From positions 56,171-120,170 of the forward strand of contig CABYTF010000002.1 in assembly GCA_902521725.1 (NCBI GenBank): a stretch of 64,000 bases of DNA. The letters are read 5' to 3'. The first letter of the stretch is position 1. Every line of letters begins with the position of its first letter. Positions 63,907-64,000 of this stretch are shown one piece after another. Made by a program: the position numbers and the translations under genes. Source of the stretch: an uncultured Gammaproteobacteria bacterium (lineage in GTDB: Bacteria > Pseudomonadota > Gammaproteobacteria > GCA-002705445 > GCA-002716945). A model generated the notes under the pieces. The model was not told the origin of the DNA, did no database searches, and was given only the letters and a program-made list of their open reading frames with translations.

Positions 63907-64000
63907 TGGTTGATCATTCTTTATTAAAAAGTGGCAATAAAGTTCTTGTCGAAAATCAGCCCTATCTGATTATTGATACTGATTTTGTTAATCCTGGGAA
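63906..64000 (+). CDS. efp: elongation factor P family protein, N-terminal fragment (3' end outside window)
   Basis: [31 protein letters not shown] matches the EF-P KOW-like N-terminus, running up to the (K)PGKG loop. ATG overlaps the htpX TAA. Confidence 0.7.
   Translation, partial: MVDHSLLKSGNKVLVENQPYLIIDTDFVNPG

Overview
AT-rich (about one-third G+C by eye), very tightly packed chromosomal segment whose gene order is typical of Gammaproteobacteria. The lineage looks streamlined (SAR86- or SUP05-like plankton, or a symbiont), but it cannot be identified from the sequence alone.

Almost everything is core housekeeping. In order:
- petA (3' end), petB, petC, sspA, rsmI, carAB
- minus strand: a DAACS symporter and tpx
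- rlmE, ftsH, an unusual PD-(D/E)XK nuclease, folP, glmM, tpiA, secG, tRNA-Leu(GAG)
- minus strand: a PNPOx-like protein
- the full 14-gene nuoA-N operon, with nuoC and nuoD unfused
- initiator tRNA (metY), rimP, nusA, infB, rbfA, truB, rpsO, pnp
- minus strand: dksA and xseA
- guaBA, an arsC-like gene, lexA, dinB, a MerR/B12-domain-like regulator
- minus strand: valS, holC, pepA
- lptF, lptG
- minus strand: an RDD protein and moeA
- xerD, dsbC
- minus strand: sbcB
- parE, parC, htpX, efp (5' end)

I saw no rRNA, CRISPR array, transposase, prophage or obvious defence island. Many genes are linked by ATGA/TAATG start-stop overlaps. All six convergent junctions are 5 nt apart or closer, or overlap. 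Only two convincing intrinsic terminators are visible.

The only accessory-looking patch is about 43.9-47.3 kb, between guaA and valS. It holds an arsC-like ORF with no canonical start lying in frame behind guaA, a lexA-dinB operon, and a CarH/LitR-like regulator with degenerate B12 motifs. The lexA promoter carries an 11-bp-phased GAAC-N7-GAAC direct repeat, which is the alphaproteobacterial type of SOS box.

Other items worth a second look:
- an MGME1-like nuclease translationally coupled into the ftsH-folP-glmM operon
- a DksA that retains only one of its four zinc-finger cysteines
- TATAAT-N5-ATG arrangements at guaB and nuoA, suggesting leaderless mRNAs
- complete loss of the rpsO-pnp leader
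- an initiator tRNA with U1-G72

All functional calls rest on motif recognition and remembered alignments. No database search was run.
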